A stretch of 64,000 nucleotides of DNA from sequence record DRR723986_9346, one strand, 5' to 3'. This document shows positions 9,531 to 19,474 of this stretch, piece by piece (positions within the stretch are counted from its first letter, which is position 1; each line of letters opens with the position of its first letter). The translations under genes were made by a program, and so were the position numbers. The notes below the pieces were generated by a model. That model saw nothing but the letters and a program-made list of their open reading frames with translations. It ran no database searches and was not told the origin of the DNA.

Positions 9531-10117
9531 TGCGACTTATATTAATAATACTATTTCTTTTTTTTAATTGTCAATCTAGTAACGATGAACTCCCAATATT
9601 AAGTTATAAAATAAATAATAAAGGTTTAAAAGAGATCTATACCATTACCTATACTGATTTTGTGAATCAGGATAATAAGGCATTTAAAACTTTAGATTTA
9701 GAAGGTAAAATAGTAATTGCAAACTTTTTCTTTACAAGTTGCCCTAGTATTTGTCCGCCAATGCGACGCGAACTTATTAAAGTCGCTAATGATTTTTTAA
9801 ATAAACAAGAGGTACTATTTGTTTCTCACACCATAGATGCAAAAAACGATACGGTTAATGTACTTAAAGCGTATTCTAATTCTACAGGTATTCCCTATAA
9901 AAAGTGGCAATTCTTAAGAGCTTCTGAACATACAACAAAACAATTAGCTAGTCAATATATGACAAGTTTTAAACCTAAGGAAGATGGCACTGATTTTTAC
10001 CATAGTAGTTATGTGGCATTATTAGATAAGGATCAACGGATTCGTGGATTCTATAATATCTTGATTAATGAAGAAGTTGAGAGGTTGAAAACTGATATTA
10101 CTACACTTTCACCTTAA
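9530..10117 (+). CDS. SCO1/SenC copper chaperone (probable lipoprotein)
   Basis: FFTSCPSICPPM (CxxxC), distal His in FYHSS, RIRGFY; TAATG overlap with upstream stop. Confidence 0.92.
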   Translation: MRLILIILFLFFNCQSSNDELPILSYKINNKGLKEIYTITYTDFVNQDNKAFKTLDLEGKIVIANFFFTSCPSICPPMRRELIKVANDFLNKQEVLFVSHTIDAKNDTVNVLKAYSNSTGIPYKKWQFLRASEHTTKQLASQYMTSFKPKEDGTDFYHSSYVALLDKDQRIRGFYNILINEEVERLKTDITTLSP

Positions 10118-10119
10118 CT

Positions 10120-11073
10120 TTAGAACAGACTTTCTATAATCTTTTCATCGGTAATGCCTTCTGCTTCGGCTTTATAATTCTTAATAATTCTATGCCTTAG
10201 AATACCTGTTGCAATAGATTGAATATCTTCAATATCTGGTGAAAATTTACCGTTAGTAGCTGCATGTGTTTTTGCAGCTAAAATTAAATTTTGTGAGGCT
10301 CTAGGTCCTGCTCCCCAATCAACAAACTCTTTTACGATGTCTGCTGCAGTATCTGCATTTGGTCTTGTTTTTGCCACCAAAGACACGGCATACTCAATAA
10401 CATTATCTGCCACTGGGATACGTCTAATTACATTTTGAAAATCTATGATTTCCTGATCAGTAAACAAAGCATCTACCTTTGTTTGAACATCTGTTGTTGT
10501 GGCCTTTACGACTTCTACCTCTTCCTTAAATGAAGGATATTGTAAATTAATTGCGAACATAAAACGGTCTAACTGCGCTTCTGGTAATGGATATGTTCCT
10601 TCTTGCTCAATTGGATTTTGCGTTGCTAGCACGAAATATGGTAAACTTAATTTGTATTGATGACCTGCTACAGTTACCGCTCTTTCTTGCATCGCTTCAA
10701 GTAATGCTGCTTGAGTTTTAGGAGGAGTTCTATTTATCTCATCGGCTAATATAATATTCGCGAATATTGGTCCTTTTATAAATTTAAAATGACGATCCTC
10801 ATCTAAAATTTCACTACCTAATATATCACTAGGCATTAAATCTGGTGTAAACTGAATTCTCTTAAAGTCTAAACCCAATGCCTGAGCTATAGTATTTACC
10901 ATTAAAGTTTTAGCCAAACCTGGGACACCGATTAATAAGGAATGTCCACCAGAGAAAATAGATATGAGTATTTGATTGACTACATCATCTTGCCCTATAA
11001 TAACTTTCGCTATTTCTTGTTTTAGCGCGGCATATTTTTTTACAAAATTTTCAATTATAGCTACATCAGACAT
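10120..11073 (-). CDS. MoxR-family AAA+ ATPase
   Basis: GVPGLAKT, RIQFTPDLMPSD, LADEINRTPPKTQAALLE, EQEGTYPLPEAQLDRF. Confidence 0.95.
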   Translation of the reverse strand: MSDVAIIENFVKKYAALKQEIAKVIIGQDDVVNQILISIFSGGHSLLIGVPGLAKTLMVNTIAQALGLDFKRIQFTPDLMPSDILGSEILDEDRHFKFIKGPIFANIILADEINRTPPKTQAALLEAMQERAVTVAGHQYKLSLPYFVLATQNPIEQEGTYPLPEAQLDRFMFAINLQYPSFKEEVEVVKATTTDVQTKVDALFTDQEIIDFQNVIRRIPVADNVIEYAVSLVAKTRPNADTAADIVKEFVDWGAGPRASQNLILAAKTHAATNGKFSPDIEDIQSIATGILRHRIIKNYKAEAEGITDEKIIESLF

Positions 11074-11074
11074 A

Positions 11075-12520
11075 CTATTGATTTTTTAACCAGTTTCCTT
11101 TAAAATCACAAGCTTTATATTCGCCATTAACTTTAATATAAGTTTCCATAATAACTCTCTTTTGCCATTCTGCAATAGCTTTTAATTGCTTGTCTTGCAA
11201 GGCCAAATCTTTAATCTTAAGGTAATCTCTTGCAAAATCTGCTTCATGATCATCAATTCTGTCCGTTACCGTCATTATTTTAAACTTTATTCTGTTTATT
11301 CTATCCTCATCTTGTATTACAGGACTTACTTCACCATCCTTTAAATTTTGAATGTGCGTATACATCTCTGGTTCCATTTTTGTTAATTCAAAATTGAAAT
11401 CTTGAGTTTGTGGATTTGTTAATTGACCACCTTCGTATTTAGTTTCCTTCTCGTCACTAAATTCTCTGGCTGCTTGTGCAAAAGTTAAAGTCCCATCTAC
11501 AATATTTTCTCTTACTTCATCTATTTCATCTTTTGCTTTCTGTATTGCTTCTTGAGTAATTTCCGGACGTAATAAAATATGACGCACATCATACTCCTGA
11601 CCTCTAATCTTTTCTAATAAAATGATATGATATCCGAAATCAGATTGAAATGGTTCGGAAATTTCACCTTCTTGCAATGAAAAAGCAACATCTCTAAATT
11701 CTTTAACCATACGTGGGCGTTTTCTATTTAGAGTATACTTTCCGCCTTTAGATTTAGAAGCACTATCATCTGAATAAAACAATACTTTAGTTGTAAAACT
11801 AGTACCGTTTTCCTCAATATCTTTTTTAAATCCTTTCAATTTATCTATTACAGCTTGCTTCGCTTCTTCTGTAACTTCAGGTATAACAACAATCTGCGCT
11901 ACTTTTAATTCAGTACCAAATACTGGCCTCTCATCTTCAGGAATATCATTAAAAAATGCTCTAACTTCTTCTGGTGTAACCTCTACATCCTGCACTACTT
12001 TAGCTCTCATCTCTTGAGCTAAATATCCATTCTTATTTATTTCGTACATCTCCTCTCTTAAGGCTGCTTCAGAATCCTTTTTATAAAATCTAAGTAAGCC
12101 AGCCATGTCTCCTTTTGTCTGAGCTAAAATACCTTCAATTTGTTGATCCACTAAACCTTGAATATAAAGTTCATTTACCAAAATACTATCTTGAATGGCT
12201 TGATGCGCATACAATTTACTCTCTAAAAGACTACCAAACAACTCACATCTTGTAAACCCTTCTAAGTCAGCTCCTTGAGCTTTTAATTGTGCAATCTCAC
12301 GATCTAGATCTGACTCTAATACAATAAACTCACCAACAACAGCAGCTACTCCATCTGCTTTTATGCGAGTTTTAGACGAAAGGCTATCTTGCTTTTTCTC
12401 AAGAGTTGGCTTATCATCTGGTATTATTTCCTGACTATTAGCAAAACTACATAGCAACATGCAGAGTGCTAAACATCCTTTAGTTATAAATTTGAAATTG
12501 ATTGTTTTTAATGGCATCAT
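11075..12520 (-). CDS. surA: SurA-like periplasmic chaperone / parvulin PPIase
   Basis: DGVAAVVG N-domain, two rotamase domains (SDFGYHII, AAREFSDE). Confidence 0.82.
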   Translation of the reverse strand: MMPLKTINFKFITKGCLALCMLLCSFANSQEIIPDDKPTLEKKQDSLSSKTRIKADGVAAVVGEFIVLESDLDREIAQLKAQGADLEGFTRCELFGSLLESKLYAHQAIQDSILVNELYIQGLVDQQIEGILAQTKGDMAGLLRFYKKDSEAALREEMYEINKNGYLAQEMRAKVVQDVEVTPEEVRAFFNDIPEDERPVFGTELKVAQIVVIPEVTEEAKQAVIDKLKGFKKDIEENGTSFTTKVLFYSDDSASKSKGGKYTLNRKRPRMVKEFRDVAFSLQEGEISEPFQSDFGYHIILLEKIRGQEYDVRHILLRPEITQEAIQKAKDEIDEVRENIVDGTLTFAQAAREFSDEKETKYEGGQLTNPQTQDFNFELTKMEPEMYTHIQNLKDGEVSPVIQDEDRINRIKFKIMTVTDRIDDHEADFARDYLKIKDLALQDKQLKAIAEWQKRVIMETYIKVNGEYKACDFKGNWLKNQ

Positions 12521-13331
12521 TTGTAATATCTTTTTCGAGTTGCTTTATCAGCTCTAATTTCCTCTTGTTAATAACAATGTTTTTTATTGAAGGACTTACG
12601 TAGTCTATTGGTGCATAATCATTTTGCAACCGTATATCCTTGACTTGGATCAAATATAGGTTTAATGAATCTTTGAGCTGTAAGAAATTAGATTTTTTTA
12701 ACAGTTGGTCTTTATTTTCAAAATTCACAACAGGTACCTTTTCTACAACCTGACTAAATTTCACCCAAATAGAATCATTAAGCGAATAGGTCTTAAATTG
12801 TACAGATATTGAATCTAAATATCGCTTATCCTTAGTTTCAAACCGTTTAAACCTTGTTTTTATGGTATCTAAATCAATAGGATTTAAGGGTAAACTCACA
12901 TATCTAAATTGCAATAGATCATCATTTAACTTAAATGATTCTTTATTGGCCTGATAAAATACTTCTGCCTCATCTTCTGCTACTAACGTGTCAATGTTTT
13001 TCTTAACCAATCCCTCTAAATAGGCCTTAGTGTAAAGGTCATTTTTGTACTGTTCTACAAGCTTGGTAAACTCATCTTGCTTTTCTTTAGATAAATTTAT
13101 TAATGCGCCTTCCATGAGTAATAATTGTCTCGCCCAGCGATTTATATAGGCGTTAACCATAAGCGTACTATCCTCTTTTGAGGTTCCTTCTGGTACAATA
13201 TCAATTATATCTTCCTTGTATAAATAGGACTCATTTACCCTTGCAACAGGTTTGCGATCATCTTTTGCTTTTAAAAAGTCACAACTGACAATTAGCGTAA
13301 ATCCGATTAATATTAATACAAAGTGTCTCAA
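12480..13331 (-). CDS. PPIase-like lipoprotein (EpsD/PpiC-like)
   Basis: Lipobox IVSC, PVARVNESYLY; lies between two parvulin genes. Confidence 0.72.
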   Translation of the reverse strand: MRHFVLILIGFTLIVSCDFLKAKDDRKPVARVNESYLYKEDIIDIVPEGTSKEDSTLMVNAYINRWARQLLLMEGALINLSKEKQDEFTKLVEQYKNDLYTKAYLEGLVKKNIDTLVAEDEAEVFYQANKESFKLNDDLLQFRYVSLPLNPIDLDTIKTRFKRFETKDKRYLDSISVQFKTYSLNDSIWVKFSQVVEKVPVVNFENKDQLLKKSNFLQLKDSLNLYLIQVKDIRLQNDYAPIDYVSPSIKNIVINKRKLELIKQLEKDITNDAIKNNQFQIYN

Positions 13332-13339
13332 GCCTTTTA

Positions 13340-15283
13340 TTAATTTTTAATCTTTGCTTTAACTGCATTTAAAGCTTTTTGATTTACCTCAACGGAAAAT
13401 CTCTGACGCAAATTATCCATCCAGTCTGCTTCTAATTGCATTTGATAATCATTGATGACGTTACCTTTAGCTTCTTCTAATGTTTTGATTCTTGCTTGTA
13501 AAATTTCTTTTACATCAATAATATGGTAAGCTTCATTATGGTTATAAATTTTAGAAAGACCTTCTTTAAGTTCAAAATCATCAGGTAATTTACCATCGTT
13601 TGCCTTGTAAATTCCTTTAGTGAAAATTACGTTCTGCGTTTTACCAGAATTAAGCTTTTGAGATATTTCCTCTTGTGTTTTACCTCTCTTAAGCATTTTT
13701 AATATTGTTGGAATTAATTTATCGTTAGCGGAAGTAGCAATTACTACATCTACTCTATCCTGCCATTGATATTTTGATTTGTTTTTCTCATAATAAGCTT
13801 CAAGTCCTACCGTATCCTTTGCCGCTTTATTCCAAACTTCTTTTTCCATTAGATCAAACAATAACAAACCATCTCTGTATTCTTTTAAGATATTGGCAAA
13901 GTCTTTATTCTCTAATTCAAGATTATCCTCTCGGTATTGTAAAATAGATTTTTCGAAAAACGTCTTAAACTCTTTCTCAATGATTTGTTCTGCTGGGACA
14001 TTTTGTGCTGTATAATTACGTTGAGCTGCCATAAGGTGACGCCCAAATTCATTATACGTAACAGGTCTATTATTGATTGTAAAGGCTGTATTGTCTTTTT
14101 CAAAATCATCTGGCAATCTCCATGTTCTAGCATAATAATCATTATTTAAAATACTTTCAAAATATGGCTTCGCTTCAGAGTTAAATGAAATCTGATATTT
14201 GTTTTTTAATTCGTTTACCATAGACTCATTAATGAGTTTTGATCTTGAATCCCTCTTTACTCTGGCTTGTAAGGTCGGTTTTAAAACTTTAAAAGATTCA
14301 ACTGGTTTCAAACTAATTCGTTTAACAATATGCCAACCATATTCTGTTTTAAACGGCTTACTAAATTCACCGTCTTCTTTAAGGGCAAAAGCTTCATCTT
14401 CAAAAATAACTGAACTTAACTGACCACTTTTAAATGGAGCCAGACGACCACTATTTTTAGCAGAACTTTTATCATCGGAAAATTGTTTTGCTAATGACTC
14501 AAAACTTTCATTCTGATTTAATTTTTTATAAATGTCATTAATACGCTTCTGTGGATCTAAGGTGGAATCTTTTTGTTTTAATCCTACCATTATATGAGCT
14601 GCAGTTATAGTACCTCTAGATGGTCTTTTTTCATTGACCTTAATAACATGGTAACCAAACTGAGTTCTAAATGGCATTGAAATTTCGCCAACTGGTGTAT
14701 TGTAAGCGGCGGTTTCAAAATCATAAACCATTTTAAAAGCTGAGAAATACCCTAAATCCTCCAGGAAAATGGTTCTCCCATTATGCACATCTTTCTTAAC
14801 GTTTTCAAATCCTTCATTTAAAACGCGCTCTCTAAGGGCTAATACTTCATTATAGGTTTTTAAAGTATCCTTTGCGGATTCATCTAGCCTTACAAGTACA
14901 TGTACTGCATTAATATCCATGTTACTTCTGTCATAGGCTTCTCTCACCAATTCTTCCGTAACTTTACTTTCTGCTATATAATTCTTAGTTAGTTGTTTTT
15001 TATAACTAAGAAACTCGCGCTGATACTTTGCATCTTCGTTTAACTTTAAACGTCTGGCTTCTTTTAATTTAAGTTGATACTCAGTGAACAGCTTGAGATA
15101 ACCATCAATATCCTTTTGACTCTCATCTTTAACTAAATCTAAATTCTTATTGTATACTCTTAAGAATTCTGATGTTGTTATAGGTTCTCCATCTACTTTT
15201 AATAAAACGTCGTCTTTGACTTGTGCAAAAGAGAAATTTATTGCAAATAATAGTAATAGGAAGCTTTTAAATTTAATACTCAT
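13340..15283 (-). CDS. Parvulin-type peptidyl-prolyl isomerase (two rotamase domains)
   Basis: PFRTQFGYHVIK, AAHIMV, FESLAKQFSDD, PFKTEYGWHIVK; signal peptide from ATG 15283. Confidence 0.88.
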   Translation of the reverse strand: MSIKFKSFLLLLFAINFSFAQVKDDVLLKVDGEPITTSEFLRVYNKNLDLVKDESQKDIDGYLKLFTEYQLKLKEARRLKLNEDAKYQREFLSYKKQLTKNYIAESKVTEELVREAYDRSNMDINAVHVLVRLDESAKDTLKTYNEVLALRERVLNEGFENVKKDVHNGRTIFLEDLGYFSAFKMVYDFETAAYNTPVGEISMPFRTQFGYHVIKVNEKRPSRGTITAAHIMVGLKQKDSTLDPQKRINDIYKKLNQNESFESLAKQFSDDKSSAKNSGRLAPFKSGQLSSVIFEDEAFALKEDGEFSKPFKTEYGWHIVKRISLKPVESFKVLKPTLQARVKRDSRSKLINESMVNELKNKYQISFNSEAKPYFESILNNDYYARTWRLPDDFEKDNTAFTINNRPVTYNEFGRHLMAAQRNYTAQNVPAEQIIEKEFKTFFEKSILQYREDNLELENKDFANILKEYRDGLLLFDLMEKEVWNKAAKDTVGLEAYYEKNKSKYQWQDRVDVVIATSANDKLIPTILKMLKRGKTQEEISQKLNSGKTQNVIFTKGIYKANDGKLPDDFELKEGLSKIYNHNEAYHIIDVKEILQARIKTLEEAKGNVINDYQMQLEADWMDNLRQRFSVEVNQKALNAVKAKIKN

Positions 15284-15531
15284 AATTTGTCCTTCTTTGT
15301 AACGCAAATATTAATTAAAAATCTGAATTTTGAGGTTCAGCAAAAATAACATAAATACCCAATTTTACAAGCTGTAATGCATGCATTATTTTAGTTAAAA
15401 TGTAATCTTTAATCCTATATATTTAATAAAATTTAGATCTCGTTTAATCCTAGCAATTAAATCGGTAAAACGTCGAATTGTTTAAGATATTTTATATCCT
15501 TTTTTTATCTTTAATCATAATTTATACCAGA

Positions 15532-15987
15532 ATGAAATATACCACCGAAATTCTTATTGAAAAACCTTTAGCAGAAGTTGCTAAAAAAATGGATTCTATT
15601 GAAAATATGAAACATTGGCAAGAGGGATTAGTGAGTACAGAACATATTTCTGGCATTCCTGGTGAATTTGGAGCCAAGATGAAATTAAATTACGATTTTG
15701 GAAAACGAAAAATGGAACTCACCGAAACTATCACAAAACGGAATTTTCCGCATGAATTCCATGCAACTTTCAATACTAAAGGGATACACAACATACAACA
15801 AAACTATTTTAAAACTACTAAAAATGGTTATACAAAATGGGTTTCTATAAATGAGTTTCAACCTACCACTTTTGCCATGAGCGCCATGCTATTTTTAATG
15901 CCAAGAACATTTAAAAAGCAAACAAAAAGATTTATGACAAACTTTAAGAGTTTTGTTGAAAACGGAACATCAGTGAATAATGCGTAA
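15532..15987 (+). CDS. SRPBCC/START-like domain protein
   Basis: Pattern EILIEKP...KHWQEGL...ETIT..., C-terminal helix FKSFVE; ATG 15532 preferred. Confidence 0.75.
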   Translation: MKYTTEILIEKPLAEVAKKMDSIENMKHWQEGLVSTEHISGIPGEFGAKMKLNYDFGKRKMELTETITKRNFPHEFHATFNTKGIHNIQQNYFKTTKNGYTKWVSINEFQPTTFAMSAMLFLMPRTFKKQTKRFMTNFKSFVENGTSVNNA

Positions 15988-16216
15988 ACTTAAACTCATT
16001 TGGGATTTTAGAGGGCCTGCAAGTTTAAAAACGGCAGAGCACCATGTTATACATCTGAAGGAATATGTGCAAAGCAACCAACTGGATATTACTATTATAG
16101 ACATTGAAACTTTCAATGAAATGCATAGTCTGGCTTATTTGGTAGTTAATGAATCTGACATGAAACCAATACGAGATGCTTTAAAACCTCACAGAGGGCA
16201 AGTTTACACGCCCTAA
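15980..16216 (+). CDS. Small hypothetical protein
   Basis: 78 aa, overlaps upstream stop; LIWDFRGP...AEHHVIHL...LKPHRG. Confidence 0.75.
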   Translation: MRKLKLIWDFRGPASLKTAEHHVIHLKEYVQSNQLDITIIDIETFNEMHSLAYLVVNESDMKPIRDALKPHRGQVYTP

Positions 16217-17355
16217 TTAAAAATACGCTTTAACATTGCCAAAGTAAAATACTTTGGTGGTACTGAAGTGATAATTTTTAAATCTTCTAAAAAAGTTGAT
16301 TCTTCATCTAAAAATCTGAATATAGTTCGTGTTTTAGCTTTTTTAAATAAGGAACTGAATAATTTGGCCCCTTTTTCATTATGATTTGCAAGTACATCTA
16401 AAAACAACATGTCGTACAGTCTAAATTTTGTTGATTTTTCAAATTTTGATAAATCATTGTTTACTTTTAAAAAATCCACCAAAAGCTTAGTTTTCTTCGT
16501 TGTATTTCTAAAGGTGTAACCAGTACTGGCTTTAGTCCACCCACCAGCAGTACCAATATGCAATATGTGTTTTGAATTATGCTTAGAAAAGTCAAAGGAG
16601 GTCATTGGTATAGAACCCTTTTCCTTTTCAATAATAGTATAGTCTGTTATACCTTTTTGCTCTAAATATAGTTTTATCGCATTTTCATATTCAACGGTTT
16701 CGAGCAGATTTTCAGAAAAAAGTGTATATTCAAAAAGAGCTGTTGTTTTATTTATATTTAAAACATACATAAAACGAGTATTCTCTTTTTGATTGACAGT
16801 AAAATCCATAAAAGTCGCAAAAGTATCATCAAATATCTCGTGCTTGGATTCTATAAACCAGCCCACAAAATGCTGTTGTAATACTGGATATTTATTTTGC
16901 CGATAATATAATTCTTTGTTGGGTATACTATTAAATACCTTTTTAGCCTTGTAAGTTGAAGTATTCGTAACAACATTAGCATAGTTTTGCTTTTCATTTA
17001 CTGCTATTACGCTTTCTTTTATAAACTCAATATTAGATTTAGCTTTAATTGCGTTCCATAAATACTTATAAAATGATTCACTTCTAATCATTTTGTAACT
17101 GTATGAAGAAATGTCAATTGTCTTTGAATATGAGTCGCTACCAAAGTATATCTTTGTCCAGGATTTATAAAGTAATTGATCCCATTCCCCTATGCCTTCT
17201 TCCCAATAGCACCAGGTTCTATCATTACCTTTATCTCTTTCCTTATCGATGATTAAAATTGATTTATCATCAAAGAAAACATCTTGAGACATTCTATATG
17301 CCAACATTAATCCAGAAGCACCGGCACCAACAATTATGTAATCTTTAATAGCCAT
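16213..17355 (-). CDS. crtY: Lycopene beta-cyclase
   Basis: DYIIVGAGASGL, NDRTWCYW, QHFVGW, FMDF, RFMYVL, EKGSIPM, IGTAGGWTKASTGY. Confidence 0.9.
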   Translation of the reverse strand: MAIKDYIIVGAGASGLMLAYRMSQDVFFDDKSILIIDKERDKGNDRTWCYWEEGIGEWDQLLYKSWTKIYFGSDSYSKTIDISSYSYKMIRSESFYKYLWNAIKAKSNIEFIKESVIAVNEKQNYANVVTNTSTYKAKKVFNSIPNKELYYRQNKYPVLQQHFVGWFIESKHEIFDDTFATFMDFTVNQKENTRFMYVLNINKTTALFEYTLFSENLLETVEYENAIKLYLEQKGITDYTIIEKEKGSIPMTSFDFSKHNSKHILHIGTAGGWTKASTGYTFRNTTKKTKLLVDFLKVNNDLSKFEKSTKFRLYDMLFLDVLANHNEKGAKLFSSLFKKAKTRTIFRFLDEESTFLEDLKIITSVPPKYFTLAMLKRIFN

Positions 17356-17991
17356 TTAAAAGAATAAAAACACAGCAAAAAATACAATAATTGAAGTTAA
17401 AACATGTATTGAAATAACTTTATTTGTTTTTATTTTAAAGGATTGATATCCCAAATGTGCTACAAAAGCTGTAACCAACCATCCTATATAATTTTGAATT
17501 GGCACTACTCCATTCTCAAACTCCCAAAAATCAAAGCGCGGCGCAGAGACTTCTAAAATAATATCTAATCCTGTCATTAAGGACGCACCAATAAGTGATG
17601 CAATAATAATATTTTTACTAACAAGTTTTGCCGCATCTGCAGTGGCCATGGTCAGTAAGGCCCAGTTAATACAAATTAAAATTGGTACACCTGCAATTTT
17701 AATTCCTAAGTTTTCACCATAAGCATAGTCGCCAAAAATAAAACCATAATTAACACCTAAAGCCTCAGTTATAAAGCCTAAAATAAAAGGAATGGCTATT
17801 GCTAATATCAGTTTATTATTATAAGATTCTACATGCCACAAAACCATTATAAAGCTTAAAAGCAAACTTAATGGAGTAAGTGACAAGAACCAATCTTCAT
17901 ATACTGATAACACACCTATAATTCCGGATAGGGTAAATAACCAAATTATAAAAATGGAAATTCTCAATTTAAATGTTTTATCTAATGTCAT
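17356..17991 (-). CDS. cruF: Carotenoid 1,2-hydratase, CruF family
   Basis: EALGVNYGFIFGDYAYG, GVPILICINW, VPIQNYIGW; multi-TM; between crtD and crtY. Confidence 0.85.
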   Translation of the reverse strand: MTLDKTFKLRISIFIIWLFTLSGIIGVLSVYEDWFLSLTPLSLLLSFIMVLWHVESYNNKLILAIAIPFILGFITEALGVNYGFIFGDYAYGENLGIKIAGVPILICINWALLTMATADAAKLVSKNIIIASLIGASLMTGLDIILEVSAPRFDFWEFENGVVPIQNYIGWLVTAFVAHLGYQSFKIKTNKVISIHVLTSIIVFFAVFLFF

Positions 17992-19466
17992 TAGCTTTCA
18001 TTTTCAATTAATTCTGACACTATTTTACCAGATAACAGGCACAAGGGAATACCACCACCAGGATGTACACTTCCACCACAGAAGTAAAGTCCTTTGATTG
18101 CGTTCTTAAAATTAGGATGTCTTAAAAATGCAGCATACTTGTTATTACTAGATGCACCATAAAGTGCTCCCTGATAACTTTGTGTATTAGATTCGATAAA
18201 TCTAGGATCTAAAACATTTTCATATTCAATTAAAGATTCAATATTAGTATCTAAAAGCCGACTTAATTTCGACTTTATATTCTCACGAGCATCTTTAATA
18301 ATCTGGTCCCAATCCTGACCAGTATTACTTGGCACATTAATCATTACAAACCAGTTTTCACAACCTTTTGGTGCGTCATCTGGCTCATCCTTTGAGGTAA
18401 TATTTATATAGACTGTAGGGTCTGAATGAATTTTTTTCTTGTTAAAAATGTAATCAAACTCAGTTTTATAATCTTCAGAAAAGAATATGTTATGTAGATC
18501 TAACTCTGGAAACTCTTTTTTAATTCCCCAATAAAATATTAATGCAGAGCTACTTCTTGGCTGTTGTAATATTTTCTCTGGCGCCTTTTCCTTTGGTAAT
18601 AACTTTCTATAAGTTGGTACAACGTCAGAATTAGATACCACTAAATCAGCTTCTGTAATATTATCACCTATTCTAATTCCTACTGCTTTTTGCTGTTTTA
18701 TAACAATTTCATCAACCATATTGTTAAAATGAAACTTCACACCAATATCTTTAGCCAACTGAAATAAACTTTGAGTAATAGAGTGCATGCCGCCTTTTGG
18801 AATATAGGTGCCATAATATTGCTCCAAGTGCGGAATCATAGACATAATGCCAGGTGTTTGATATGGTGATGACCCATTATATGTAGCAAATCGGTTATAA
18901 AACTGAACCAATCGTTTATCCGTAAAAACACTAGAATTATAACCATCTAAGGTGGTGTTAATGTCTAATGCACCAACCTTAAAAATAGCTTTTAAAGTAT
19001 TCTTTGAAAGATAAGTTGATGTTTTATGCAGTGATTTCTCTAAGAATAAGGAAGCTGTTAAATCGTACTTTTTTTTACTTTTATTTAAATAGCTAAGTAG
19101 TGAAGACTTATTTACATTAAATGTTTTCGAAGCTTCCTCGGCAAATGCATTAATATCTGATAGAGCAGAAAATTGAGTGCCATCTTCATAAAAATAATTA
19201 CAAACAAGTTTCTTTTTCTTGTATTCAAAGTAATCAAAGACAGGTTTATTTGCGATATGAAAAAGCTCTTCAACATATTGCGGCATAGTGAATAATGAAG
19301 GACCCATATCAAAGCGATAACCTTGTTCTGTAAAGGCTGTGAGTTTACCACCAGGATAGTCATTGGCCTCATAGACATCAACAAGATGGCCTTGAGATTT
19401 CAATCGAATTGAAGCAGATAAACCTGCAATACCTGAACCTACAATTACTATTTTTTTATTTTTCAT
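17991..19466 (-). CDS. crtD: 1-hydroxycarotenoid 3,4-desaturase
   Basis: CrtI-family FAD protein (YRFDMGPSLFTMP, RFATYNGSSPY, GGSVHPGGGIPLCLLSG) coupled to cruF. Confidence 0.88.
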   Translation of the reverse strand: MKNKKIVIVGSGIAGLSASIRLKSQGHLVDVYEANDYPGGKLTAFTEQGYRFDMGPSLFTMPQYVEELFHIANKPVFDYFEYKKKKLVCNYFYEDGTQFSALSDINAFAEEASKTFNVNKSSLLSYLNKSKKKYDLTASLFLEKSLHKTSTYLSKNTLKAIFKVGALDINTTLDGYNSSVFTDKRLVQFYNRFATYNGSSPYQTPGIMSMIPHLEQYYGTYIPKGGMHSITQSLFQLAKDIGVKFHFNNMVDEIVIKQQKAVGIRIGDNITEADLVVSNSDVVPTYRKLLPKEKAPEKILQQPRSSSALIFYWGIKKEFPELDLHNIFFSEDYKTEFDYIFNKKKIHSDPTVYINITSKDEPDDAPKGCENWFVMINVPSNTGQDWDQIIKDARENIKSKLSRLLDTNIESLIEYENVLDPRFIESNTQSYQGALYGASSNNKYAAFLRHPNFKNAIKGLYFCGGSVHPGGGIPLCLLSGKIVSELIENES

Positions 19467-19474
19467 TAGCGCTG

